Below the pieces are notes generated by a model, which was given only the letters and a program-made list of their open reading frames with translations, was not told the DNA's origin and made no database searches. Below, one piece after another: positions 28,932 to 38,862 of a stretch of DNA of 64,000 bases; positions within the stretch are counted from its first letter, which is position 1, and the number at the start of each line of letters is the position of its first letter. The stretch lies in assembly GCA_026387175.1 (NCBI GenBank), contig JAPLME010000006.1, forward strand, positions 172,078-236,077, read 5' to 3'. Source of the stretch: Candidatus Omnitrophota bacterium. Its GTDB lineage: Bacteria; Omnitrophota; Gorgyraeia; 2-01-FULL-45-10. Position numbers and translations under genes: made by a program.

Positions 28932-30071
28932 CTAATTAGACTTTCTGAATTTATCCTTCAGTCTTTCAATGCGCCGGGATGATTCTACGATCCCCTTCCG
29001 TGGTATCTCTCCACTCTTGACGGCCTTAAGAATTATATCTCTCGCTCTATAAGGAGCCATCTCGTCGTATGCGCTTCCATTGTTGGAGATGATCAATAGG
29101 TCGCACCCCGCGTTAACGGCCCTGATCACGGCTTCCTTGAAACCATAGCGCTCCGTGATCGCGCCCATCTGCATATCGTCCGATACGACGACGCCTTTGA
29201 AACCCAGTTTTTTTCTGAGTATCTCCGTTATATAATGCCCTGAAAGAGTCGCCGGATACTCAGAGTCTATCTTCTTATTTATAATATGGGCCGTCATAAC
29301 CATGTCGACTGCTCCGTCTTTAATAAGTTCTTTATATGGAATAAGCTCTCTGTCCTGATACGTTTCCGAAACATCCACCAATCCTTTATGGCTATCGGCT
29401 TTTGAGCTTCCATGCCCGGGGAAATGCTTGATCGCGGTCATGATCCCGTATTTATGCTGTCCCTCTATAAAGGCCCTGGCTTGCCCGGAAACTATTCTTT
29501 CATCGAATGAAAAAGAGCGCCCTAGCGCCCCGATGACGGGATTCTCAGGGTTTACGTTAACATCAACGACCGGGGCAAAGTTCACATTGAACCCAAGCTC
29601 CGAAAGCTCTCCGGCAAGCGACGTAGACGCTTTCACGGTCTCATTCAAATCATTTTTCTCCCCAAGCTCCCGGGCGCTTGGAACCGTGATAAAACCGTAT
29701 TCTGGTTTCAGGCGATTTACGCGCCCGCCCTCGGCATCGACGGCAACCATCAAAGGCGTCGAAGAGGATTTCTTGAGACCGTTTATAAGCTCTTTTACCT
29801 GAGAGGTGCTAATAATGTTCCTGGGGAAGCTTTTCGTCGGGCCATCGATATCAAACAGGATGACTCCGCCCAGGTTCAGGTTTTTAATAGCCTTTACGAT
29901 ATAAGAATTTTCATTCGCCTCGGTTCCGCGGAAACCGATGATAAGCATCTGCCCTATTCGCACCTTAAGATCTTCGTCTGTATATTTTTTCGTATTAAAA
30001 AAATAAGAGGCGATAAAGATAGATGTTAATAAAGCAATTAAACCGAAAAAATATGAAAACCTTGAATTCAC
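28932..30071 (-). CDS. GH3 beta-N-acetylhexosaminidase (NagZ-like), N-terminally anchored
   Basis: VDAEGGRVNRL, NFAPVVD, KHFPGHG....DSH, VMTAH, SDDMQM. Confidence 0.9.
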   Translation of the reverse strand: MNSRFSYFFGLIALLTSIFIASYFFNTKKYTDEDLKVRIGQMLIIGFRGTEANENSYIVKAIKNLNLGGVILFDIDGPTKSFPRNIISTSQVKELINGLKKSSSTPLMVAVDAEGGRVNRLKPEYGFITVPSARELGEKNDLNETVKASTSLAGELSELGFNVNFAPVVDVNVNPENPVIGALGRSFSFDERIVSGQARAFIEGQHKYGIMTAIKHFPGHGSSKADSHKGLVDVSETYQDRELIPYKELIKDGAVDMVMTAHIINKKIDSEYPATLSGHYITEILRKKLGFKGVVVSDDMQMGAITERYGFKEAVIRAVNAGCDLLIISNNGSAYDEMAPYRARDIILKAVKSGEIPRKGIVESSRRIERLKDKFRKSN

Positions 30072-30104
30072 ATTAAATCCACTTAACCACGTTTTTGCAA
30101 TTTC

Positions 30105-31835
30105 TTAACGCAGTATCGCGAAATTGAGCAGCGTCCCGATAACGATACTGGTAAATATCATAATTAAAGTCGATTTGATGAGGTCCTTGAATCCCAATTC
30201 TTTCCATATGACCACGAATGTGGCGATACATGGAAAAGAGACCGCTAATAGCGTCGCGCCGATAAACAATTGTTTTGCGGATAGCCCTAACGGCATAAGC
30301 ATTCCGACCGCGACATCTTTTCTTATAAACCCGATGGCTAGAGCAACAACCGCTTCCTTCGGCAATCCGAACAAGCCATGAATTATGGGCGCGGATATCC
30401 TGGTCACAAAATCAAATAATTTGAAATAGATAAGCACGTTTATGAATAAAACTCCCGCCATCACAACCGGCACCGCTTCGATCAAAAAACCTTTGACGCG
30501 AAAATAAAGTTTCTGCATCAGCGTGAGCAGCGGCGGAAACCTGTAAGGAGGAATCTCCAGCAGAAATTCCGGGCTATAGCCTTTCAATGCATGATTTAAA
30601 ATTATTCCCAGTATCAGGACGAGGGAAAATAGCACCAGATACACCCCGGTTACATAAAGCCCTCCAAACTTGCCTAACAATCCGAATATCATCGCCTGTA
30701 AAGGCACGCACGGCACGCCTATAGAAATTATGGTCGCTGCGATGAACCTTTCGCGTTTAGATTCTAAAGCGCGCGTCGCTAAGATGCCCGGCACGTTGCA
30801 GCCAAAACCCAAAAGCACGGGAATTACCGCGAAGCCATGCAGCCCCAGGCGATGCAAAAGATTATCCAATAATATCGCCAGCCTGGGCAAATACCCTATA
30901 TCCTCAAGAAGGCTCAGGATAAAATAAAATGATATGACATACGGAAGGACCATTCCAAATTCGATATAAGGCGCGGTAGTCAAAACTCCCAGGGACTGCT
31001 TAAAATCGATCTTGCCGTTAATTAGATCGCCGATCAATAGATGAAACCAGAACCCTTCCCCCTTCCAGTGAAGAGTCAGCTTTTCCAGGAAAGGCTGAAA
31101 AATATTGAAAAAGATCGGATCGGTTATCTTGTTAATTATCAACTCACCCACAAAACGCACTACTTTGAATGAAGCGTAAACAATTCCTGCCGCCATTACT
31201 AATCCGGTTAATGGGCGGACAGACGCGTCCTCCAGCACCTCCCTTAAGGTGTGATGCCTGTGTTCAAGGCGCTGAACCTCTTCTACGATCCTGCCGATCT
31301 CCGTCCAGCGCTCCTGGTTAATGAACCCGGCCCTTAAAACGGGCGCGGCATGAGCGACCTTCTCGATCAACGATTTTATTCCGGAGCCCGTTACCGCGCA
31401 CGTCGGGATCACTGGAACCTTCAGCAGCTTCTCCAGCTTTTCCGTGTCGATATGAACGCCTCGATGGCCGGCTTCGTCGCACATATTCAGGCAGACGATC
31501 ACCGGAAACCCTTCCACGATCAATTGCAAGGTCAGTAGTAGATTGCGCTCTAAATTGGTAGAATCCAGGATATTGATCACGACGACATCGCTCTTGGGGT
31601 GCTCTTTCAATAAAGATACCGCCACTTCTTCCGCGCTGGAAGTCGGCTCTAACGAGTAGGTTCCCGGCAAATCCACAACCTCGATCTTATCGTCTCCCAA
31701 ATGCATGTATCCCTTGGATATTTCCACGGTTGTGCCGGGATAATTTGAGGAGATCACGTGGACTCCTGTAAGACGCGAAAAGACCACGCTCTTGCCGACG
31801 TTGGGATTGCCTATTAAATAGATCTTTTTTATCAT
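30105..31835 (-). CDS. feoB: Ferrous iron transporter FeoB
   Basis: GNPNVGKS, NYPGTT, DLPG, NMCD, LEDIGYLPR, GFGCNVP. Confidence 0.93.
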   Translation of the reverse strand: MIKKIYLIGNPNVGKSVVFSRLTGVHVISSNYPGTTVEISKGYMHLGDDKIEVVDLPGTYSLEPTSSAEEVAVSLLKEHPKSDVVVINILDSTNLERNLLLTLQLIVEGFPVIVCLNMCDEAGHRGVHIDTEKLEKLLKVPVIPTCAVTGSGIKSLIEKVAHAAPVLRAGFINQERWTEIGRIVEEVQRLEHRHHTLREVLEDASVRPLTGLVMAAGIVYASFKVVRFVGELIINKITDPIFFNIFQPFLEKLTLHWKGEGFWFHLLIGDLINGKIDFKQSLGVLTTAPYIEFGMVLPYVISFYFILSLLEDIGYLPRLAILLDNLLHRLGLHGFAVIPVLLGFGCNVPGILATRALESKRERFIAATIISIGVPCVPLQAMIFGLLGKFGGLYVTGVYLVLFSLVLILGIILNHALKGYSPEFLLEIPPYRFPPLLTLMQKLYFRVKGFLIEAVPVVMAGVLFINVLIYFKLFDFVTRISAPIIHGLFGLPKEAVVALAIGFIRKDVAVGMLMPLGLSAKQLFIGATLLAVSFPCIATFVVIWKELGFKDLIKSTLIMIFTSIVIGTLLNFAILR

Positions 31836-32065
31836 TCGGCCTCGACTATAACTTTTGCCGCTATACTATGGCCTAAAGCCAATATGCTCCTGCCCGTCTT
31901 TATCACTACCGGGCCCCTTAAACCGATATGGCTAAGCTTAATCACTTCTCTCCCTTTATACACACCCATATTCATCAGCTTATTTTGCAGGTTTCCGCCT
32001 CCGGATATCTCCACCACCTTACCTCTGTGGTCCGCCTTAAGCGACAGCAAAGACATTTTCTTCAT
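31832..32065 (-). CDS. feoA: FeoA family protein
   Basis: KLMNMGV..G, GPVVI, ALGHSIA; ATGA overlap with feoB. Confidence 0.9.
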   Translation of the reverse strand: MKKMSLLSLKADHRGKVVEISGGGNLQNKLMNMGVYKGREVIKLSHIGLRGPVVIKTGRSILALGHSIAAKVIVEAE

Positions 32066-32075
32066 ATTTTCTCTT

Positions 32076-32465
32076 TTATTTTATCAAAGACTTGATCTTG
32101 GCGAGAAGGACCTTGGCGTCGAACGGTTTCAGTATGTAGTCTTCCGCGCCGATCTCTCCCGAACTTAGCTTAAGGTGCTCTTCTTCCGGATAATGCGCGG
32201 TAAATAAAATGACCGGTATGCTACGGATAGCCTCATCGGCCTTCAACTCCCTGCACACGTCGCAGCCGTTCTTTCCGGGCATCACAACGTCCAGAAGGAT
32301 GATATCCGGCATTTCGGATTTCGCGGTTTCGATGACATACTTTCCGCTGTTAAGCGTTATGACCTCATACCCGCTTGCCTCAAGCCTCGTCTTTACCAGC
32401 TTCAGGAGATCCCCTTCGTCATCTACGACCAGAATCTTCTTCGATCCGGGATTAACGTTATTCAT
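32076..32465 (-). CDS. Single-domain response regulator
   Basis: ILVVDDE, LLDVVMP, FTA, KPF. Confidence 0.93.
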   Translation of the reverse strand: MNNVNPGSKKILVVDDEGDLLKLVKTRLEASGYEVITLNSGKYVIETAKSEMPDIILLDVVMPGKNGCDVCRELKADEAIRSIPVILFTAHYPEEEHLKLSSGEIGAEDYILKPFDAKVLLAKIKSLIK

Positions 32466-32495
32466 TTTACATCCTCCCGTTTTATGTTCTATTAT

Positions 32496-32524
32496 ATTAT
32501 ATCCGCTTGTTTCCGTTTTAACAA
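32496..32524 (-). promoter_or_regulatory. Putative promoter for receiver-feoA-feoB
   Basis: TTGTTA, 17 nt, TATAAT; GGAGG RBS downstream. Confidence 0.45.
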
Positions 32525-32534
32525 TTGAAACCCT

Positions 32535-33941
32535 TCAGGCTCGCTTGGCCCTCACATATTGATCGGCCGACCGCTTCCTGCGAAAGAAATCCCATGTTCC
32601 GAGAAGCTTCGATATGCTGATGATCCACCTGTACCAGAAGAACTCTACAAATGACAGCGCCACGAGGTACATAATATACCTTATCTTAAAGAGCCTCTGG
32701 CTCTCCACGAAAGCCAATATGCATAAGAGCGACATGAATGCCTGAGAGAGAAGCATAAGTGAAAAGTACGCGAGGAAGACATTGAATTGCAGCACACCCG
32801 CCAGGGCTCCGAATGCCACGAATGCGAAGCTCAATATTTCGATAAATACGCCGAGGACCTCATAGAGCACAAAATAAGGCAGTGTAATAAACGCGAAGAG
32901 GCCGTATTTAGGATTACATACCATATGCCTGTATTTCCAGATCGTCTCGTTGGTCACCCTTTGCCAACGGTTACGCTGTATAATAAGCGAGCGTATATTG
33001 CTGGGCCCTTCGGTCCAGCCCGAGATATACGGCAGCATGACTATCTTATATCCCTTTTCCTTATTTTTTACCGCATATTCGTGAGCACGGAACGTAAACT
33101 CTATGTCTTCGCATGTAAATTCCGCGGAATACCCGCCCAGCTCATATACTATATCCTTGCGCCACACGCCGAAGCCTCCGGACACTATCGGCATCGCGTT
33201 ATATTTACTCCATGCCAGGCGGTTACCTATAAATGAGCGGATATACTCTATGTTCTGATAGGTTATTATCGGGTTATAAGAGAAACTGCGATCCATGATC
33301 ATGCCGTCTTTTATCTTAAAACCGTTCACCAGGCCGAAATAACTTCCAATGCCTATGATCTTGCCCGGCTCCTTATCGACCTGCGCCATCACCTTAAGAA
33401 GCGCGTTCCGCTCGAGTATCGTATCGGCGTCGACGACGCACACATAGTCATATTTTGCCATATTCAGCCCGGCGTTCGCGGCGCCCGCTTTCTTATTGCC
33501 GGGATCCTTGTCTATAACGGTAATGTTCGGATACATTTCACTCTTTAATATTCTACGAACATTCCCGTCTTTGTAGTGCCTTATATACATGGTGTCGATA
33601 GGGCTAAGCTTAAGTAATTCATTAAGTCTCTCCAGAGTCCTGTCCGTCGAACCATCATTCACGACTATTATCTCGAGTTCGGGATAGTTCAGGCTTATGA
33701 GTGATTTTAATGAATCGATTATCCACTCTTCCTCGTTACGGGCAGGCACGATGATAGATACCGGCAATCTCAGGGTGGACAGGTAAAACAGCGGATAATC
33801 TTCGCCTTCGCCCTGGGATTCCCTCCTCATCCCTTCCAGGGATCCTATCAGAGTGAGAAAGAGATAATAAACTGTGAGGAGCAGGAAGTAGCTAAGCGAG
33901 GCTATGAAAACAATATATATAATTTTTGGACCAAGCGTCAT
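32535..33941 (-). CDS. Processive GT2 glycan synthase (PgaC/IcaA-like)
   Basis: PARNEE, NDGSTD, KAGAANAG, DAD, CED, QRNRW (QxxRW); N- and C-terminal TMs. Confidence 0.9.
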   Translation of the reverse strand: MTLGPKIIYIVFIASLSYFLLLTVYYLFLTLIGSLEGMRRESQGEGEDYPLFYLSTLRLPVSIIVPARNEEEWIIDSLKSLISLNYPELEIIVVNDGSTDRTLERLNELLKLSPIDTMYIRHYKDGNVRRILKSEMYPNITVIDKDPGNKKAGAANAGLNMAKYDYVCVVDADTILERNALLKVMAQVDKEPGKIIGIGSYFGLVNGFKIKDGMIMDRSFSYNPIITYQNIEYIRSFIGNRLAWSKYNAMPIVSGGFGVWRKDIVYELGGYSAEFTCEDIEFTFRAHEYAVKNKEKGYKIVMLPYISGWTEGPSNIRSLIIQRNRWQRVTNETIWKYRHMVCNPKYGLFAFITLPYFVLYEVLGVFIEILSFAFVAFGALAGVLQFNVFLAYFSLMLLSQAFMSLLCILAFVESQRLFKIRYIMYLVALSFVEFFWYRWIISISKLLGTWDFFRRKRSADQYVRAKRA

Positions 33942-33944
33942 ATG

Positions 33945-35069
33945 CTATAGTCCGTTGTCTATTTTTGCCAAAATTTTCGCCACCTTTGCCCTTACAGACG
34001 GATCGGCATTTTTAGACGCGCTTTCAAGAGCCATGATAGAATATTTTTTTGGTATGTATTCCCCGCCGGCTATGAATTTCTCTATATCAGGAAGAGAGGC
34101 TTTTATATGTTCCGCCATTACATCCTTTACCGCGTCGAGGACCGACCATGACGCGTCGTTTATCAGCTTTATCACTTCCGGCACGGCATCGTCACCGATG
34201 GCTTTCGCCAAACCGAATATAGCGTGTCGTTTTACGAGCCAGCTGTCGTCTTTCAGCCGCTTTCTGAGCGCGACCTTCACGCCCTCTCCTCCTATCCTGC
34301 CCAGGCAATCACAGGCGCCGGCGCGCACCTCGGCAACCTCATCCCCGGTAAGCTTTTCCAGTTTTGCAATATGCTGGCGGGAAGCGAGTTTCGAAAGAAT
34401 AGTGACCCCGCATATCCGGATCCTCGGATCTTTATCATCGGTTAATTTAACAGCCTCATCCGCTATCTCTTTTGGAAAATTGCCGAGTATCGAGGCTATC
34501 TTGTAACCATTGGAAGGCTTCTTCCGCAAAAATCCCAAAAGGGCTTTCGCAGACCTCATCGTCTTTATCTGCGCCAAAGAGATCATAGCGAAATACGCTA
34601 TATCCTCATCACGACTTGAGAGCGACTCACTAAGAACGTCTATTGCCGTTTCTGCCTCCGAATAACCGAGACACAGCATGGCCTCTATCCTGTGCCATTT
34701 ATCATTTGACCTTTCGACGATCTTATTTAATTCGGCGATCTTTTCGGGTTCCCGGAAACAGCCTTTTAACAGCTGCTGTTCGGAGTCATTGAAGAATGCC
34801 GCATCGATGCTCCTATTCGTCTCTATATCTATAAATTGCTGCGGAGTGATGCCGGTAAAAAGCGGGTGACGTACACCCTCGGTAAAGGATTTCCCGGATA
34901 GGACCATTTCGTAGATATCATTCTTTATCTTTAACAACCCCTGGCGGCGTTTTTCCCAGATATAATTTTTAATGACCGCGCAAAAAAATATAACGGCGCT
35001 CGTTAATATGAGAGCGCCGAATAATACCTTATTGATCACCCAGACTATATCGGCATGGTAGTTAAACAT
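33945..35069 (-). CDS. Membrane-anchored HEAT-repeat protein
   Basis: N-terminal TM, repeated L.D....VR..A...LG.I units. Confidence 0.88.
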   Translation of the reverse strand: MFNYHADIVWVINKVLFGALILTSAVIFFCAVIKNYIWEKRRQGLLKIKNDIYEMVLSGKSFTEGVRHPLFTGITPQQFIDIETNRSIDAAFFNDSEQQLLKGCFREPEKIAELNKIVERSNDKWHRIEAMLCLGYSEAETAIDVLSESLSSRDEDIAYFAMISLAQIKTMRSAKALLGFLRKKPSNGYKIASILGNFPKEIADEAVKLTDDKDPRIRICGVTILSKLASRQHIAKLEKLTGDEVAEVRAGACDCLGRIGGEGVKVALRKRLKDDSWLVKRHAIFGLAKAIGDDAVPEVIKLINDASWSVLDAVKDVMAEHIKASLPDIEKFIAGGEYIPKKYSIMALESASKNADPSVRAKVAKILAKIDNGL

Positions 35070-35939
35070 TTAGAATTTGGCCGATGCGGCGAAATTCACG
35101 CTCCGCTTTATGAACTTGGGTTCTTCGGTACCGTAAGAGTAGCCGAATCTTAAATTTATCCCTTTGTATAACTTTATATTTACGCCGGTAAATAATATAT
35201 AACCGAATTCATCGCCGGCATCGAGACCATTTATATCGTAGAGCCTCCCGCCTACAGCCGCTCCGCAGTTCCAGCGCAAAAATTCCGTAATGGCGAAATC
35301 TCCCTTGAATACCCCGATATTAGCCGTATCATGGGCCTCCATATAGCTGGCGCCGTAATTTGCGCTGATGTAGCTGTCTCCGAAATAGTATATAAGGCCG
35401 GGAACCACCAGGTGGGTATCGTCGCCCCTGTAAGCGCGGTAGGTATAACTTATCTGGGCGAACAGGTCCTTATAAATCTTATGGCCGTATTCCGCGATGG
35501 TCTGCCATTGGTATATAAAGTGGCAATCCCATCCATAACCCATCTCAATATGCACGTATTGGTCCGTGAAATTCAGATATGCCCCTACATTCGCTGTCTG
35601 GTCTTTTACGTCAAATCGTTCCAGCTCCGAGAACGACGCGTACCCTGTGATATTTTTATGCGTGTATCCGAAGGTCTGAATGAGCTCGTTCCAGTGGCCG
35701 GTTCTCGTCCCCTGAAGTATATCGCTTGGTTCATAGAAAGCGTCCAGGTACCAACGGTCCTTTTCCGCCGCTTTTTCTTCCATCACGACAAGCGGAGGAG
35801 TGATCTTTTGCACCAATCTATCGATAGATGCCTGTTCAGCGGCACAGGAAAAGACAGGCGTTATTATCAAAAATACCGCCAATGCTATCTTCTTCCTGGA
35901 AAAAATTATTTTAGCGGTGTTTCCCTTTGAATTTTTCAT
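35070..35939 (-). CDS. YaiO-like outer-membrane beta-barrel protein
   Basis: Signal peptide, alternating aromatic beta-strands, ERFD, PGLIYYFG, C-terminal Phe; HEAT/GT2 context. Confidence 0.65.
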   Translation of the reverse strand: MKNSKGNTAKIIFSRKKIALAVFLIITPVFSCAAEQASIDRLVQKITPPLVVMEEKAAEKDRWYLDAFYEPSDILQGTRTGHWNELIQTFGYTHKNITGYASFSELERFDVKDQTANVGAYLNFTDQYVHIEMGYGWDCHFIYQWQTIAEYGHKIYKDLFAQISYTYRAYRGDDTHLVVPGLIYYFGDSYISANYGASYMEAHDTANIGVFKGDFAITEFLRWNCGAAVGGRLYDINGLDAGDEFGYILFTGVNIKLYKGINLRFGYSYGTEEPKFIKRSVNFAASAKF

Positions 35940-36303
35940 ATATTTCTATAGCTGCGGTTATATTCTTTACTTCTCTGCCAAGGTCCTGGGTTTTGACGAT
36001 AAACCCCGAGGCATTGAGCTTACTTGCAGTCTTCACTTTTTCTTCATTAGAAAAAGCCGTGATAATGAATACCGGCAGTTTCGCGTCCTTTGAGCGCACC
36101 TCTTTCAGGACGCTGAGGCCGTCGATCTCCGGCATCATTATATCCAATAGGATGGCATCGGGCTTATCCTTTTCCACCCGCTCGATAGCAGCCTTTCCGT
36201 TATTGGCGGTTATCACCTCGTAACCGTTCGCTTCGAGCCTCATCTGCATCAGCTCGACGAACTCGGCCTCATCATCAACTATCAATATCACTCTCTTTGC
36301 CAT
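35911..36303 (-). CDS. Single-domain response regulator
   Basis: ILIVDDE, LLDIMMP, ITAFS, FIVKT. Confidence 0.92.
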   Translation of the reverse strand: MAKRVILIVDDEAEFVELMQMRLEANGYEVITANNGKAAIERVEKDKPDAILLDIMMPEIDGLSVLKEVRSKDAKLPVFIITAFSNEEKVKTASKLNASGFIVKTQDLGREVKNITAAIEIYEKFKGKHR

Positions 36304-36322
36304 AATTATAACCTCGCATTTT

Positions 36323-36886
36323 TTATCTGGCTAAAACCCTGTAAATACCGTTAAGCCCGAATAGGATAAATATGGAAGCCGATATCCATTTAACGGACTT
36401 TTCCGGTATATGCTTACGCATCACTATACCGACGATGATCCCTATGGCATCCGCTACGACCATACCGAGAGTAGTCCCCATAAGGACGTTAAACATATTC
36501 CGGTATTCCACAGCCAGGCTTATGGTGGCAAGCTGTGTCTTGTCTCCCATCTCGGCGAGGAAGAACGCGATACCCACTGTCGCCACCGGGCCGAACCGGG
36601 ACTCCTTCTTATTCTTAAGATTGAGTTTATCGCCGTGAAGGGTCCATATCCCGAAAGCTATAAAAGAGAGCGCCGCTATAAAAGAGATAATATCCATCGG
36701 CACTATAGTGGTCAGGAAATGGCCCGTCGCAACCGCAAGCGCATGGTTAAGGATAGTGGCAAGGAAAACCGCTATAAGCACTTTATAAGCGCTGTATCTG
36801 GCCGCGAACGCCATCGCCAAAAGCTGGGTCTTATCCCCCATCTCCGCCAGGACCACAAATATGAACGACGCGATAAACGCCTGCAT
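36323..36886 (-). CDS. TMEM165/GDT1 (UPF0016) Mn2+/Ca2+ transporter
   Basis: Two AEMGDKTQL motifs. Confidence 0.93.
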   Translation of the reverse strand: MQAFIASFIFVVLAEMGDKTQLLAMAFAARYSAYKVLIAVFLATILNHALAVATGHFLTTIVPMDIISFIAALSFIAFGIWTLHGDKLNLKNKKESRFGPVATVGIAFFLAEMGDKTQLATISLAVEYRNMFNVLMGTTLGMVVADAIGIIVGIVMRKHIPEKSVKWISASIFILFGLNGIYRVLAR

Positions 36887-36918
36887 TCAGCTCCATTAAA
36901 CTTATGCCGCGTTAAAAC

Positions 36919-37305
36919 CTATCCCTTGAACTTATCCGCAAGCCTTATAGCGCTGGTTATGTTATCGATCTCTTTCTGGAGGTCTTCCGTCTTAGCGATG
37001 AAACCCGAAGCGTTAAGCTTGTTGGCAAGGGCAAAGCGTTTGGCGCTGGAGAATGCCGTAATCATGAATACCGGCAGGTTCTTATCTTTTTTCCTGATAT
37101 CCTTTAGTATATCGAGGCCGTTTATATCGGGCAGCATTATATCTAAAAGGACTGCGTCGATCTTATAGTGTTTGAGCTTCTCCATAGCCTCTTCTCCATT
37201 TACCGCAGTGACGACCTCGTAATTATTCGCTTCCAGCCTGACCCTTATCATCTTTAAAAATTCAAGCTCATCATCCACTACCAGTATGGCCTTCTTCTTA
37301 TCCAT
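36919..37305 (-). CDS. Single-domain response regulator
   Basis: ILVVDDE, LLDIMLP, ITAFS, FIAKT; start set at MDKKK. Confidence 0.92.
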   Translation of the reverse strand: MDKKKAILVVDDELEFLKMIRVRLEANNYEVVTAVNGEEAMEKLKHYKIDAVLLDIMLPDINGLDILKDIRKKDKNLPVFMITAFSSAKRFALANKLNASGFIAKTEDLQKEIDNITSAIRLADKFKG

Positions 37306-38467
37306 GGCAGCCCCTTTCTTGCTTAGCCTTAACATATTTTGGCAACGCAAAGATAACTTCCGTCCCTTTGCCCAGCCTGCTCTCGACCCGTATATTACCG
37401 CCCTGCATATCTACAAATTTTTTCGCTATCAATAGCCCCAGCCCGGTGCCTTTTTCCCTGGTAACGATATTGCCATGCCCAAACTGCTGGAACTTCCCAA
37501 AGATCTTAGGCAGGTTCTCGTCGGCTATGCCGATGCCGCTGTCTGAAACCGAACATTCGAAGCCCTCCTTAAGCTCTTTGGCCGATACTTTTATGAAACC
37601 GTTATTGGTAAATTTGATCGCGTTATCTATAAGGTTGGTCATGACCTGTGTCATCATATCTTTGTCCGCATATATCTTTATTTCGCTTTCCGGCAGGTCC
37701 ATCTTCGCCTCAAGGCCCTTTTCTCTCATCCTGGGCCCAAACGACAATAAAACATTTTTCATCAGGGCCGCGATATCCATCACCTCTTTTTTTATCGCCG
37801 TCTTATCGGATTCTATTTTAGAGAGATCCAGGAGATTATTTAATATCCTCTTAAGCCTTTCTATGCTATCCTTGGCGCTTATCAAAATCTTGGCCTGTTG
37901 ATCGTTTATTTTGCCGGGGATCTCATCCAGGATAATATTTATACCTTCCCTGATGATGGAAAGCGGCGTGCGCAGTTCGTGCGATACCATATCGATGAAG
38001 TCATCCTTAAGCTCGTTGAACTTCTTATACTTGCTTATATCGCGGTAAACGCTCAGAAACATCTCCCGGCCCATATGATGTATCAGCGACGTAGAGATAA
38101 GAAGCGTCTTTACCGTCCCGTCTTTTGCGGTTATGGTCGATTCGGCCTCATATATTCTGCCCTTTTTTGCAACCTCGCCCAGCCTCTCGAAAGCCTTACG
38201 TCTCTCGTCGGCACCCGGATGAAGCAGGCTCAAGAAATCTTTTTGGGCATTGGCCTCCTCCATCTTATACCCTGTGATCTCCTCTATCTTTGAATTGAAT
38301 ATAACAAAATGGCCTTTCGAGTCGCTTAAAGTTATACCTTCATCGATACGTTCGATCACCGTAGAGAGTTCTATTACAGCTTCTTCCAGCCTCTCCTTTA
38401 TATAAGATTTTCTTCCTAGTCGCTCTTCTCCGGCATGATGCTGCCGAGGCTTTCTGGTGTCCGGCAT
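37298..38467 (-). CDS. Cytoplasmic PAS histidine kinase
   Basis: PAS, SHELRTPL, NLIDNAIKFT, DSGIGI, GTGLGL. Confidence 0.93.
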   Translation of the reverse strand: MPDTRKPRQHHAGEERLGRKSYIKERLEEAVIELSTVIERIDEGITLSDSKGHFVIFNSKIEEITGYKMEEANAQKDFLSLLHPGADERRKAFERLGEVAKKGRIYEAESTITAKDGTVKTLLISTSLIHHMGREMFLSVYRDISKYKKFNELKDDFIDMVSHELRTPLSIIREGINIILDEIPGKINDQQAKILISAKDSIERLKRILNNLLDLSKIESDKTAIKKEVMDIAALMKNVLLSFGPRMREKGLEAKMDLPESEIKIYADKDMMTQVMTNLIDNAIKFTNNGFIKVSAKELKEGFECSVSDSGIGIADENLPKIFGKFQQFGHGNIVTREKGTGLGLLIAKKFVDMQGGNIRVESRLGKGTEVIFALPKYVKAKQERGCHG

Positions 38468-38478
38468 TTTTATTACCC

Positions 38479-38862
38479 TTAAGCCTCTTCCTCTTTTAAA
38501 ACGCTCTCTATCTCCGCTATTATATCGAGCGGGTTAGCCGGCTTCTTTATGCATCTCCTGATGCCGCAGAATTTCATGAGCCATACATGTTCTTTCATCG
38601 TATAGTACCCTGTTATCGCTATTACGGGTATCTTGCTCGTCTGAGTAAGGGCCTTAAGGCGGTCGGCGACTTCAAATCCGCTCATAACCGGCATGCGCAA
38701 GTCCATTAATACCAGATTCGGCGATGTGACCTGAGCCGCCTTAATCGCGGCAGAGCCATCGCTTATAGCGGTTACATCATACCCCGCGGTAGTCAACATC
38801 TCGTTTAACTCTTCCAGGTATTCTTTATCATCATCCACGATCAATATTTTCTTCTTAGTCAT
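38479..38862 (-). CDS. Single-domain response regulator
   Basis: ILIVDDD, LMDLRMP, ITG, KKP. Confidence 0.92.
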   Translation of the reverse strand: MTKKKILIVDDDKEYLEELNEMLTTAGYDVTAISDGSAAIKAAQVTSPNLVLMDLRMPVMSGFEVADRLKALTQTSKIPVIAITGYYTMKEHVWLMKFCGIRRCIKKPANPLDIIAEIESVLKEEEA

